Shown: positions 47,068-56,390 of the stretch, one piece after another | Layout: every line of letters begins with the position of its first letter | Numbering within the stretch: the stretch's first letter is position 1 | NCBI GenBank assembly: GCA_037917685.1 | Contig: JAVCBU010000006.1 | Coordinates: 192,001-256,000 of the forward strand | Length of the DNA: 64,000 nt | Source of the DNA: Thermoproteota archaeon | GTDB taxonomy: Archaea > Korarchaeota > Korarchaeia > Korarchaeales > JAOZGB01 | Reading direction: 5' to 3' | The notes under the pieces: model-generated | Database searches by the model: none | What the model was told of the DNA's origin: nothing | The model's input: the letters and a program-made list of their open reading frames with translations, nothing else | Made by a program: the position numbers and the translations under genes

Positions 47068-48333
47068 ATGGCAAGAACTTCAAGACTCCCTGGTTTTTAC
47101 AATCTTGCAGTTGATGAAAGACTTAGAATAGTGGCAGACTTCGCGGGTCTCTCGGATGAGGAGGTTGCTCTACTTAAGAATACAGGTTCCTTAGATGTTG
47201 ATTTAGCGAATAGGATGATTGAAAATGTAATTGGTGTAATGCCCGTAACACTTGGTATAGCTACTAACTTCCTGATAAATGGTAAAGACTACTTAATCCC
47301 AATGGCCATAGAAGAACCTTCAGTAGTAGCCGCTGCGAGTCACGCAGCTAAACTTGCTAGGGTGAAAGGTGGATTTTCAACAAGTAGCACAGAACCTGTG
47401 ATGATAGGTCAAATACAAGTTGTAGGTCTCAGCGATCCGTACCGTGCAAAGTTTGATGTGCTTAACGCGAAAAATGAAATCATAGAAAGAGCTAACGAAA
47501 AAGACCCAATCCTAGTCAAGCTTGGTGGTGGGGTCAAAGACGTTCAAGCTAAAGTTATTGAGACATTTATGGGTTCAATGTTAATTGTAGAGTTGCTTGT
47601 TGATGTAAGAGATGCCATGGGGGCTAACGCTGTAAACACTATGTGCGAAGCGGTGGCCCCCCTTGTAGAAGATATTACAGGAGGGCGGGTTAGACTCAGG
47701 ATAATCTCAAATTTAGCCACGCATAGAATTGCAAGGGCTAAGGCTGTTTTTGATAAGGACGCTATAGGGGGGGAAGATGTCGTCGAGGGAATAATGGAAG
47801 CCTACGCATTTGCATGTGAAGACCCATATAGGGCGGCCACCCACAACAAGGGGATAATGAATGGGATTACAGCAGTCGTCTTAGCAACAGGAAATGACAC
47901 AAGGGCTATAGAGGCTGGATGTCACGCTTACGCGTCAAGATTTGGGTGGTATACCTCGCTTTCAACATGGGAAGTGAATGATGATGGAGATCTCGTTGGA
48001 TACCTTGAAATTCCAGCGGCTGTTGGCATCATCGGAGGAGCAACAAAAGTTCACCCAATAGCCAAGATAAACCTTAAAATACTAGGTGTAAAGACTGCAA
48101 GAGAGTTGTCTGAGATTCTTGCAGCTGTAGGGCTTGCTCAAAACTTTGCCGCTCTCAGAGCTCTCGCAACTGAAGGAATTCAAAGGGGTCACATGGAACT
48201 CCACGCTAGAAACGTTGCTATAATGGCTGGAGCAAAGGGAAAGTTAGTTGACCTGGTAGCTGAGAGAATGGTTAAAGAAGGTGTTATACGTATTGACAAA
48301 GCTAAAGAAATATTAAGAGAGCTTAAATCCTAG
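47068..48333 (+). CDS. mvaA: HMG-CoA reductase, class II
   Basis: ENVIG, EEPSVVAA, DAMGAN, HNKGIMNG and GHMELH motifs. Confidence 0.93.
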   Translation: MARTSRLPGFYNLAVDERLRIVADFAGLSDEEVALLKNTGSLDVDLANRMIENVIGVMPVTLGIATNFLINGKDYLIPMAIEEPSVVAAASHAAKLARVKGGFSTSSTEPVMIGQIQVVGLSDPYRAKFDVLNAKNEIIERANEKDPILVKLGGGVKDVQAKVIETFMGSMLIVELLVDVRDAMGANAVNTMCEAVAPLVEDITGGRVRLRIISNLATHRIARAKAVFDKDAIGGEDVVEGIMEAYAFACEDPYRAATHNKGIMNGITAVVLATGNDTRAIEAGCHAYASRFGWYTSLSTWEVNDDGDLVGYLEIPAAVGIIGGATKVHPIAKINLKILGVKTARELSEILAAVGLAQNFAALRALATEGIQRGHMELHARNVAIMAGAKGKLVDLVAERMVKEGVIRIDKAKEILRELKS

Positions 48334-49195
48334 CCTTCAGCCAATATGCAAGCTTAAGGAGGCCGGCGTGGACAAGGTCGAAATTAGACCCCACATAATC
48401 TAAGCCATCTCCCTCTATAGTTGCATTTATTTCCCCGACGCCTGAAAGCCATGCTTTCCTAATATGGGCTACTAGGAGAGGGTTAAAACCCAAAATTCTG
48501 GCGCATACCGAGTCAACAGCGACAATGTCTTTCCCAGCGATAATTAAACCAGTTCTCTTAGGGTACCCATATGTGGGTCCTTTTTCTCCTTCCATCGATA
48601 TTATCCCATCAACTATGGAGAAATCTACCTTCATTGCAATATTTGCATCCACAATAGCATCATCGAGATACTTGTGATATACTATCTTCCTCTTATTTGG
48701 GATTGCTCCGAACATATTTTTCAAGCCACATGTAACCTTTGTCAGAAGATGCGTCTTCAGCTTGGAAAGCGATATTATATAATCTGCTTTACCAATCGTT
48801 CTAGCAATTTTGATCTTTCTCAGCTTCCTCCCATTCAACGTTACTTCATCAGTGACGTCCTTAGTCAAGTTTACAAGTTTAAAACCAAGCTCTTTGGCCA
48901 TATCTTCAAATCCCAGCCATTTAAAGAGAATGTCAGCATTCATGGAGGTAGCATCACTTTCAACAACATACACCTCTCCAGGAGAGTACTTGGCTCTTAT
49001 GTGATTTACGAGGGCTTTTAGGACTCTCGGGTCAGTTGTAGCGCCTGAAGTATAATCTCTAAAATTGCAAAGGTTAATCTTAATAACAACCCTGCCTCCT
49101 TTCTTTATCCCCATACCTCCAGCTATTTCGATGGCACGGCTTACCGCACTATATATATTCTTTGAAACCCTAACTACCGATACTTTAGGTTTCAA
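48323..49195 (-). CDS. DUF362 family protein
   Basis: IKIN, TTDP, KLKTH..T..LKNMFG, DGI.MEG and D.VAVD motifs. Confidence 0.85.
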   Translation of the reverse strand: MKPKVSVVRVSKNIYSAVSRAIEIAGGMGIKKGGRVVIKINLCNFRDYTSGATTDPRVLKALVNHIRAKYSPGEVYVVESDATSMNADILFKWLGFEDMAKELGFKLVNLTKDVTDEVTLNGRKLRKIKIARTIGKADYIISLSKLKTHLLTKVTCGLKNMFGAIPNKRKIVYHKYLDDAIVDANIAMKVDFSIVDGIISMEGEKGPTYGYPKRTGLIIAGKDIVAVDSVCARILGFNPLLVAHIRKAWLSGVGEINATIEGDGLDYVGSNFDLVHAGLLKLAYWLKARI

Positions 49196-49254
49196 TTGCT
49201 AGCTCATTCCCTCGTGAAACATATAATAATAGTTAGACGTTATATCAAAGAAAT

Positions 49255-50295
49255 GTGAGAAAACTAAAAATTGGAATCATCGGATGCGGGTCGGTAGCTT
49301 TAAAGGGGCATATTCCAGCATGGAACTTGTTTAACAATGTTATCCTAGCAGCGGCAGCGGACCCAGATCCAGTTGCAAGGAAAAAATGTAAGAAATATGT
49401 AGATAACCTTTACGATGACTACAGGGAAATGTTAATGAAGGAGGAGCTTGATATCGTTGACATATGCACTCCTCCTCATTTGCATCATGATGTGTGCTTA
49501 CATGCGGTTGAGCGTGGTGTTAATATCCTTGTGGAGAAGCCGATGGCTATATCTAAAAATCAAGCAATCGAAATGGTTGATAAGGCTCATAAATATGGTG
49601 TAAAACTTTGTGTGATGCAAAATCATCGTTATATACCCGTAGTCATGGTTGCTAAGAAGATTGTTGATAGTGGGGGGCTGGGCTCTATTGTTGGAGTTTC
49701 AGGTCAATTGTTTCTTCCTCCCCCGTTTGGCTGGACCTATTCTACGTGGCCCTTTGAAAGAAGTAAGGGGGGAGGTGTTGTCTTTAACGTAGCTATACAT
49801 GTTATTGATCTTGCTTTATGGTTTGCAGGGGACGTTGAAAGTGTTTTTGCTTATGGAGGGGATTTTCTTGGTAGAATGGACATCGAAGGATACTTTTCAG
49901 CTCTGTTAAAGTTTAATAACAAGGCAATCGGTGTAATTGAGTCGTCATGGTACAATGGAGGACTTAGGAGCACCTTCGAGCTCAGGGGAACTGGCGGCGA
50001 AATCAAAATCGACCTAAGAAATAATCATATGTTAAGGTACTCTAGCTATCTAACCCCCTATGAAGAGGTTAAATCGTTGCTGTCCAAATTTTTAAAGGTC
50101 GGATTAGAGGTTGTTAAAAAGAAATATTTTAAAGGGTTCTTAGCATACCAAGCTAGGCTTATAGGCGACTTCATAAATTCGATAGTTAACGATACCCAGC
50201 CCCCTGTGCCCGGTGAGGATGGGTTAAAATCGGTATCTGTTGCTGAGTCTATCTCACTATCTATAATAAAAAATGCTCCGGTCCGGGTTACTTAA
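49255..50295 (+). CDS. Gfo/Idh/MocA family oxidoreductase
   Basis: GIIGCG, EKP and GGG...IH.ID motifs. Confidence 0.9.
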   Translation: MRKLKIGIIGCGSVALKGHIPAWNLFNNVILAAAADPDPVARKKCKKYVDNLYDDYREMLMKEELDIVDICTPPHLHHDVCLHAVERGVNILVEKPMAISKNQAIEMVDKAHKYGVKLCVMQNHRYIPVVMVAKKIVDSGGLGSIVGVSGQLFLPPPFGWTYSTWPFERSKGGGVVFNVAIHVIDLALWFAGDVESVFAYGGDFLGRMDIEGYFSALLKFNNKAIGVIESSWYNGGLRSTFELRGTGGEIKIDLRNNHMLRYSSYLTPYEEVKSLLSKFLKVGLEVVKKKYFKGFLAYQARLIGDFINSIVNDTQPPVPGEDGLKSVSVAESISLSIIKNAPVRVT

Positions 50296-51565
50296 AAAAG
50301 ATCCACCCCTCCATCACGTTCCAGTCCCATCCATAGCTGTCTGGAACGGCAGCGCCATATACGATGGTTCCTCTCCATACTGAATACTTTGGATCTTTAA
50401 CCATTCTTACATTAACATTCTCCAGCCCTAGTTCTTTCATCATTAACTTAACCTTTGTTGGGGCATCTACAGCTATATCCGAAAGCTTCCTGGGAACCTT
50501 CCAGCTGAAACTCCCGCCGGAGAGGATAATCTGCTTATAAAGTTCAGCCTGTATTTCAACCGCGCACAGTTCAACTGCCGTTCTAATCGCTTCAGACAGT
50601 TTTGCCTTACCAGGTACGACCCTATTACCTATAACTGTGTCGTTTGGAGGTGGGAAACCTCTAGTATAATAGCTTTCAAATATCTCATGTGAAGGATTGA
50701 ACATATATTCCCCTATTAGAAATCTCTGCCATGCCTTATCGCCCATGTCTATTTCAACCATTGTTCCAGGAATCCTAAATTTTCCACTTATCCTCTCTGG
50801 GTACATTCTACACCAATCTATGGCTTTATCCAGTGCTACAGGTATTAGGCCGGCTTGTTCTTTGAAGAGAGTGACAAGCTTCTCCTCCCTAGCTAGGTCT
50901 GAATAGCCCAGATCTCTAAGAATCTGTCTTGTAATAGCGTTCGAATCACTTCCTCCACGGTTTAGAGGTATCAGAGCCGTCCTAATTATATCCCTGCTAA
51001 TAGGGGCTATTTGCGTGTTGCCGTGGCCGCCCTCAATTACAATACAAGTTGTAGCCCCCTCAGCTATAGCAACAGATAGAGGCTGAGGGATTATAGTGAA
51101 GGCTTTTATTAGTCCCGTTTCTGCCTCGACTTCCCTATGGATTTCTATAAGCCTTTCATACATATATCGTGGAGCCTGAGCTGCAAGTGCCGCAACTACA
51201 TAGTACCCGTTAAAATCTCTAAATTTTTCATCCTCCATGGGGGGTTTAAACTTCTGTATCCCGTATCTAGTAAGTTCTTTAACAACGAGCCATCCCCTCT
51301 CATCTTTTCTTTCAACTACGCCGTTCCGCATCGGATAATAAAGCCTCACAAGCTCATCTCTAGACTCTATATACTTCGGTACTTCTGGTCCTACGATGAC
51401 CTCCTTTTCCTCGTAGCCTCTTATCTCAGAAATAACACGGGACATCCTCGGGAAATACCCCCTGTTTTCTACAATTTCGGGTTTGTCACCAAGCCAGCCA
51501 GGCCCATACTTATACAACGAAGTGCCGTAGTCTTCTCCGAATACTTGAGCTACACTCCTCCCCAC
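50288..51565 (-). CDS. Crenactin (archaeal actin homolog)
   Basis: GEDYGTS, YPMRNG, EGGHGNTQ, RGG and ILSGG actin-fold motifs; W-rich C-terminus typical of crenactin. Confidence 0.9.
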   Translation of the reverse strand: MGRSVAQVFGEDYGTSLYKYGPGWLGDKPEIVENRGYFPRMSRVISEIRGYEEKEVIVGPEVPKYIESRDELVRLYYPMRNGVVERKDERGWLVVKELTRYGIQKFKPPMEDEKFRDFNGYYVVAALAAQAPRYMYERLIEIHREVEAETGLIKAFTIIPQPLSVAIAEGATTCIVIEGGHGNTQIAPISRDIIRTALIPLNRGGSDSNAITRQILRDLGYSDLAREEKLVTLFKEQAGLIPVALDKAIDWCRMYPERISGKFRIPGTMVEIDMGDKAWQRFLIGEYMFNPSHEIFESYYTRGFPPPNDTVIGNRVVPGKAKLSEAIRTAVELCAVEIQAELYKQIILSGGSFSWKVPRKLSDIAVDAPTKVKLMMKELGLENVNVRMVKDPKYSVWRGTIVYGAAVPDSYGWDWNVMEGWIFFK

Positions 51566-51585
51566 CTAAACCTACCCCCAACTAT

Positions 51586-52122
51586 CTATAAATTCTGGTT
51601 AATAAAGTACTCTCCGCACACCTTTAAACCTTTAAATAGAACACCCTCTCTCTTCAGGATCGCCTTCTTAACCCTTATGCCGTAACTGTACCCTCCAATG
51701 TCACCATTCTTCCTAACCACCCTATGACATGGGTACAATAAGGGGAAGGGGTTTTTTGCTAGGAGTTTCCCTGCAAGTCTCGGTTTTACTCCTATATTCA
51801 ATCCAAGCCAACTGTAGGAAGCCACTTTCCCTCTTGGTATTCTTTTTAGCACTTCTAAAGCCTTTCCTAAAATCCCCTTGGGAATCATTAAGTTTTCTTT
51901 TTCTATTCTTGCATGCCTTCCATAGTAAAGTCGTATTATTTTCGAAGCATATCTTTTCGCGAAATCGTCATCTGTGTGGACCTCTAGTTCACCCCTATAT
52001 TTCGAGGTATGTTTTATAATCAGTTTCAAACTCTTCAAAGGGATAGTATTCCATGTAATAAAGCCTTCTTCGAGGCCTATTCCCACCCATAGGTTATTCA
52101 TCCTTACTGCGAGTTTTCTCAT
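51586..52122 (-). CDS. ogt: O6-alkylguanine-DNA alkyltransferase
   Basis: NP..YPCHRVV active site. Confidence 0.9.
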   Translation of the reverse strand: MRKLAVRMNNLWVGIGLEEGFITWNTIPLKSLKLIIKHTSKYRGELEVHTDDDFAKRYASKIIRLYYGRHARIEKENLMIPKGILGKALEVLKRIPRGKVASYSWLGLNIGVKPRLAGKLLAKNPFPLLYPCHRVVRKNGDIGGYSYGIRVKKAILKREGVLFKGLKVCGEYFINQNL

Positions 52123-52155
52123 CTGGTTTTAAAGGCATGTCTTATCAATTTATAC

Positions 52156-53217
52156 TTGATGATCGAGATAGATGGTAGTTACGGGGAAGGCGGCGGGGCC
52201 ATATTTAGGAATGCACTTGCGCTTTCTTCTGTTACACTTGAACCAGTAAAGATTTTTAATATTAGAGCTAAAAGACCGACACCCGGCCTTAAACCTCAAC
52301 ATCTTACAGTAGCTAAAGCTCTCGCCCGAATAACTGATGCTGACGTTTCTGGTCTAGAGATAGGCTCGACTTCAGTAACATTTATACCTCGAATGAGAAG
52401 GGCTGGAAACTACTTTTTCGACATAGGAACAGCCGGAAGTGTAACCCTATTCTTGCAAGCCCTGGTTCCAGTTGCAGTATTCTCCAAATCCCCTGTTACA
52501 CTTAAAGTGAAGGGGGGCACAGATGTCAAATGGTCTCCAACAATAGACTACTATAAAAACGTTTTTTTAGCCACTCTTAAAAAGATGGGGGTAAATGCAA
52601 ATATAGAGGTTAGCAGAAGAGGGCACTATCCAAAGGGAGGGGGAATTTGTATTTTTGAGTCGAAGCCTGTCGGTAGACTCAAACCTATACGAATAGTTAA
52701 GCTTGGAGAAATATTAGAGATAAAAGGCGTTGCTCATTCCATAAAACTACCTAAACACGTTGCTGAAAGGATGGCTAAATCTGCAGAACATTACATTAGA
52801 AGGACAGGGTTTAACGTGCCCATCGACATAGAACTTGATGTTAAAGAAAACTCTGAGCACCTCGGACCTGGTGCAGGGATGTCCTTATGGGCTATCTCCA
52901 GCACGGGAGCTATCGTCGGATCAGACTCGCTAGGCGAGCGAGGGAAACCCAGCGAAAAAGTTGGTTTCGAGGCTGCTAAAAAACTTCTTAAAGTGATAGA
53001 AGCAAAATGTCCCGTTGATCCCCACCTCTCCGACATGCTTATATTGTACATGGCTTTAGCGGGAGGCACATCCACCATCGTTACATCCAAACTTACTATG
53101 CACACAAAGTCAAACATATGGGTAGCCGAAAAGATGTTAAATGTTAACTTCAGTATTGAGAAAGATAAAGGCAAATGTATAATATCAGTACAGGGTATTG
53201 GATTATTAACTCAATAA
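52156..53217 (+). CDS. rtcA: RNA 3'-terminal phosphate cyclase
   Basis: DGSYGEGGG, RGHYPKGGG and DPHLSD motifs. Confidence 0.93.
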   Translation: MMIEIDGSYGEGGGAIFRNALALSSVTLEPVKIFNIRAKRPTPGLKPQHLTVAKALARITDADVSGLEIGSTSVTFIPRMRRAGNYFFDIGTAGSVTLFLQALVPVAVFSKSPVTLKVKGGTDVKWSPTIDYYKNVFLATLKKMGVNANIEVSRRGHYPKGGGICIFESKPVGRLKPIRIVKLGEILEIKGVAHSIKLPKHVAERMAKSAEHYIRRTGFNVPIDIELDVKENSEHLGPGAGMSLWAISSTGAIVGSDSLGERGKPSEKVGFEAAKKLLKVIEAKCPVDPHLSDMLILYMALAGGTSTIVTSKLTMHTKSNIWVAEKMLNVNFSIEKDKGKCIISVQGIGLLTQ

Positions 53218-53232
53218 AGGTGTTTCTCACAA

Positions 53233-54966
53233 TTGGACTTTGAGAAAATCGTATCCTATATAGTTGAGAAGTCTAACCTAACCAGGGAAGAAGTTTATAG
53301 AAGAATAAAGGAGTACCAAGAGGAGTTCAGGGGTTTCCTTAACCCTGAAGGGGCGGCTTACGTGCTCGCATCGGAGCTGGGAATAGAACTTCCCAAACCC
53401 TCAACTTCTGAAGTCATATTGTCAATTAACAAGCTAATTCCAGGAATGAGAAGAATAAGGGTGGCGGGGAGAGTTGTAAGGATTTACCCTGTGACTAGCT
53501 TTACAAGAAAGGACGGTTCAACAGGATTTAGAAGAGAGATTAAAATTGCGGACGAAACAGGCCAGGCATACATCGTAATATGGGCCCCTAAGGAAGCTCT
53601 TGAAAATATAGAGTTTGAGGAGGGAGACGTAATTAAAGTCATCGGTGGAAGGGTAAGAGTTAACAGTAGAAACGAGAAAGCAATCCATATAGACCCTTCT
53701 TCAGGTCGAATAGTTCCCTATGAGGGTGACACCTCTAAATTTCCCAATGTACAGATACCAATGCTAAAAATAAGTGAAATCTCATCAGAGACCGCCGAGG
53801 TAGACGTTACTGGTACCGTCGTATTCGCATCAGGTGTCAAAAACTTTGAAAGACCGGACGGCAGGGAAGGTCGTATGCTATATGCAATCTTAGAAGATAA
53901 TACCCAGCAAGTGAGGGCTGTTTTCTGGAGGAAAGCCGTTGATGAAGCTGTAAACCTCAAAATTGGAGATAGAATAATAATTCGATCTGCCAGGATCAGA
54001 AGATCCGTAGATGGAAACTTTGAAGTCCACGCAGGATCCAGATCAAGCATTAAAGTCATCTCTTATGGTGAAAAAGAAGAATTAGAGTTTAGAAAGCTTT
54101 CCGAGATTAAGGGAGACATGCAATATGTTAATGTAAAAGCCGTCTTACTTAGGAAATTCGAGGTAATACCCTACACTAGGCGGGATGGAAGTACATCAGA
54201 AATGCTGGAAATATTGTTAGGAGACGACACAGCAGTTGTCAGAGGATACGCATGGGGCGAAGCAGCGAAACACATCAAAGAGATGGCCACCCCAACCCTC
54301 CTGGAAATTAAAGGGGCGAAGGCAAGGATCGAAGGAGAAAACATATCGATCCACATAGGAAAGAATGTTAGTATTACAGAGCTTCCATTAGATAAAGATT
54401 ACAAAATAGTAACGGTTAACGAGGATAATTTGTACCCGCGAAAATGGCTTGGCGAACTGTCCGAAGGATTCTACGAAGTTAGAGGTACTGTGGTATACGT
54501 CAGCGACAGCCTCTCTATTACAAGATTCTGTAAAAAATGTGGCGCTCACACAAGTTATGAGTACGGGAGACACATATGCCCAAAATGTGGGGAGGTCGAA
54601 GATGTTGAATTCTTACCCTCATTTTTCATATTCATTGACGACGGCACAGGCTCAATCCAAATTTCATTCTTTAGAGAGGTAGCGGAGGAGATAGTAGGGA
54701 AAACAGTTGAACAGATGCTTACAGAGATTGACCAGCTGGGTTTCCAACCATTCAAGTATCCACTAGACGCTCTAAGAGAGAAACTTTTAGGGAAGGAGGT
54801 AACAGTAAGAGGTAAAATAAGGTTTAAAGGGGATATGCAAGCATTCACCATGAGAGGCAAAGACTTGAAATTCGCATCTCCAATCACCGAAGCTAAAATG
54901 TTAATCTCAGAAATAGAGGAAAAACTCTTACCAGAAATCACAAAGCGGTTTGAGGAAAATGAGTAG
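53233..54966 (+). CDS. rpa: Replication protein A large subunit (four OB folds, the last with a Zn finger)
   Basis: Repeated F/Y-x-R-x-DG...D-x-T...W OB units; C-terminal CKKC...CPKC. Confidence 0.85.
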   Translation: MDFEKIVSYIVEKSNLTREEVYRRIKEYQEEFRGFLNPEGAAYVLASELGIELPKPSTSEVILSINKLIPGMRRIRVAGRVVRIYPVTSFTRKDGSTGFRREIKIADETGQAYIVIWAPKEALENIEFEEGDVIKVIGGRVRVNSRNEKAIHIDPSSGRIVPYEGDTSKFPNVQIPMLKISEISSETAEVDVTGTVVFASGVKNFERPDGREGRMLYAILEDNTQQVRAVFWRKAVDEAVNLKIGDRIIIRSARIRRSVDGNFEVHAGSRSSIKVISYGEKEELEFRKLSEIKGDMQYVNVKAVLLRKFEVIPYTRRDGSTSEMLEILLGDDTAVVRGYAWGEAAKHIKEMATPTLLEIKGAKARIEGENISIHIGKNVSITELPLDKDYKIVTVNEDNLYPRKWLGELSEGFYEVRGTVVYVSDSLSITRFCKKCGAHTSYEYGRHICPKCGEVEDVEFLPSFFIFIDDGTGSIQISFFREVAEEIVGKTVEQMLTEIDQLGFQPFKYPLDALREKLLGKEVTVRGKIRFKGDMQAFTMRGKDLKFASPITEAKMLISEIEEKLLPEITKRFEENE

Positions 54967-55840
54967 CCTCCCACCCTACACCCTATTTGGCATCCAGTCT
55001 AAACTGCAAGAGTCAAAATATGTGGTATTACCAGTCCCTTACGATTCCACTTCATCATACATTCCTGGAAGCCGATTCGGCCCTCATAAGGTAATAGAAG
55101 CATCACGGGAAGTAGAACTCTACGATTTCGAAACAAGATTTCATCTTTCAGACGCTAAAATTCATACTTTACACGAGTTGAAACCTTATAGAGGGAATTC
55201 TGAAGAAATGTTGAGGAGAATAGCAGAGTCGGTGGCTAGAATATTCACCGATAGGAAATTCCCAATTGTATTGGGAGGAGAACACACTATAACTATCGGG
55301 GCTGTGGAAGCCGCACTCACACTATTCCCTGATCTGTGGGTAATAATACTCGATGCTCATGCAGACCTAAGGGATAGCTTTGAAGGTACAATGTACAGCC
55401 ACGCCTGTGTAGCTAGAAGGATATTAGATTTAACAGAAAATGTCATGTTATTAGGAGTGAGAAGTCTAAGCTTAGAGGAAGCTGAGCTGATAGAAAAAAC
55501 TAAAATAAGGGTGTTATATTCGGATAGTCTAAAACAGGACCTTGCATCCCAAGCTTTAGCTATAAGTTCAGAAATAGGGCAAAACCCTGTCTATCTATCT
55601 ATAGATATAGATGTCTTCGATCCAGCAGAGGTACCATGCGTTTCAACGCCGGAACCAGGAGGTTTAAATTGGGATATCACGATCCGGCTATTAAAAAGTC
55701 TATGCAAGCTTGACGTGATAGGCTTTGACATCGTGGAGTTTACACCCTGCATAGACGGAGGAAGATCTGCCATCCTAATATCTACTCTTATTAAGAAATT
55801 GATTTCATATATAGAATCAGGTAGTAGTAACCAAATTTAA
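54950..55840 (+). CDS. speB: Agmatinase
   Basis: GGEH, DAHAD and SIDIDVFDP motifs. Confidence 0.9.
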   Translation: MRKMSSLPPYTLFGIQSKLQESKYVVLPVPYDSTSSYIPGSRFGPHKVIEASREVELYDFETRFHLSDAKIHTLHELKPYRGNSEEMLRRIAESVARIFTDRKFPIVLGGEHTITIGAVEAALTLFPDLWVIILDAHADLRDSFEGTMYSHACVARRILDLTENVMLLGVRSLSLEEAELIEKTKIRVLYSDSLKQDLASQALAISSEIGQNPVYLSIDIDVFDPAEVPCVSTPEPGGLNWDITIRLLKSLCKLDVIGFDIVEFTPCIDGGRSAILISTLIKKLISYIESGSSNQI

Positions 55841-56341
55841 CCGGCGGCTTAAAAACTCCATTATAATGCTAAGAACCCCAATCTCAAACCAGGCCTTCGC
55901 TAGGATTCCAGCAATCACGGCAAGTGAAAAAACTTCAGCTGCTTCAGGAGGCACAAACAATCTGACTAGGTACCGGAGAGACAAGAATGTAAAGATAAAT
56001 TCAGGAACGTAACCAATAACTACTGAAATCAACGGTCTGAATCTCCTTTTTAAGAATCCAACCATTAAACCAGTTAGCATTTTCCCAGGGAAGAAGAGTA
56101 GGCCGGCAACCGGCCCTAAAAAACCTCGTATTCCAAACCTGAAATAGGGCACGATAGATATCAATACACCTTCTATTCCACCCATGAGTGACCCGTATCT
56201 CAAAGCTATTAGTAAAGTAGCGAAGTGGGATAGGTCAAGGGCTATCTGAGGATGGAAAGATCCCAATTCTGTGGAAAGGAGAGCCAACCCATTCCCTACT
56301 GCACCCCAAATACATAGATCGGTGAGCTTCCTTGAATCCAT
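55817..56341 (-). CDS. ECF transporter S-component-like membrane protein
   Basis: About 5-6 hydrophobic helices; LDLSH...G...GG pattern. Confidence 0.55.
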   Translation of the reverse strand: MDSRKLTDLCIWGAVGNGLALLSTELGSFHPQIALDLSHFATLLIALRYGSLMGGIEGVLISIVPYFRFGIRGFLGPVAGLLFFPGKMLTGLMVGFLKRRFRPLISVVIGYVPEFIFTFLSLRYLVRLFVPPEAAEVFSLAVIAGILAKAWFEIGVLSIIMEFLSRRLNLVTTT

Positions 56342-56372
56342 ACCTGGTTTTTGACCAGCCTTTATTTTAATA

Positions 56373-56389
56373 TTTGAGACAGTCTCAAA
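56373..56389. promoter_or_regulatory. Perfect 8-bp inverted repeat next to the promoter of the S-component-like gene
   Basis: TTTGAGAC-A-GTCTCAAA directly upstream of a minus-strand TATTAAAA. Confidence 0.45.
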
Positions 56390-56390
56390 A

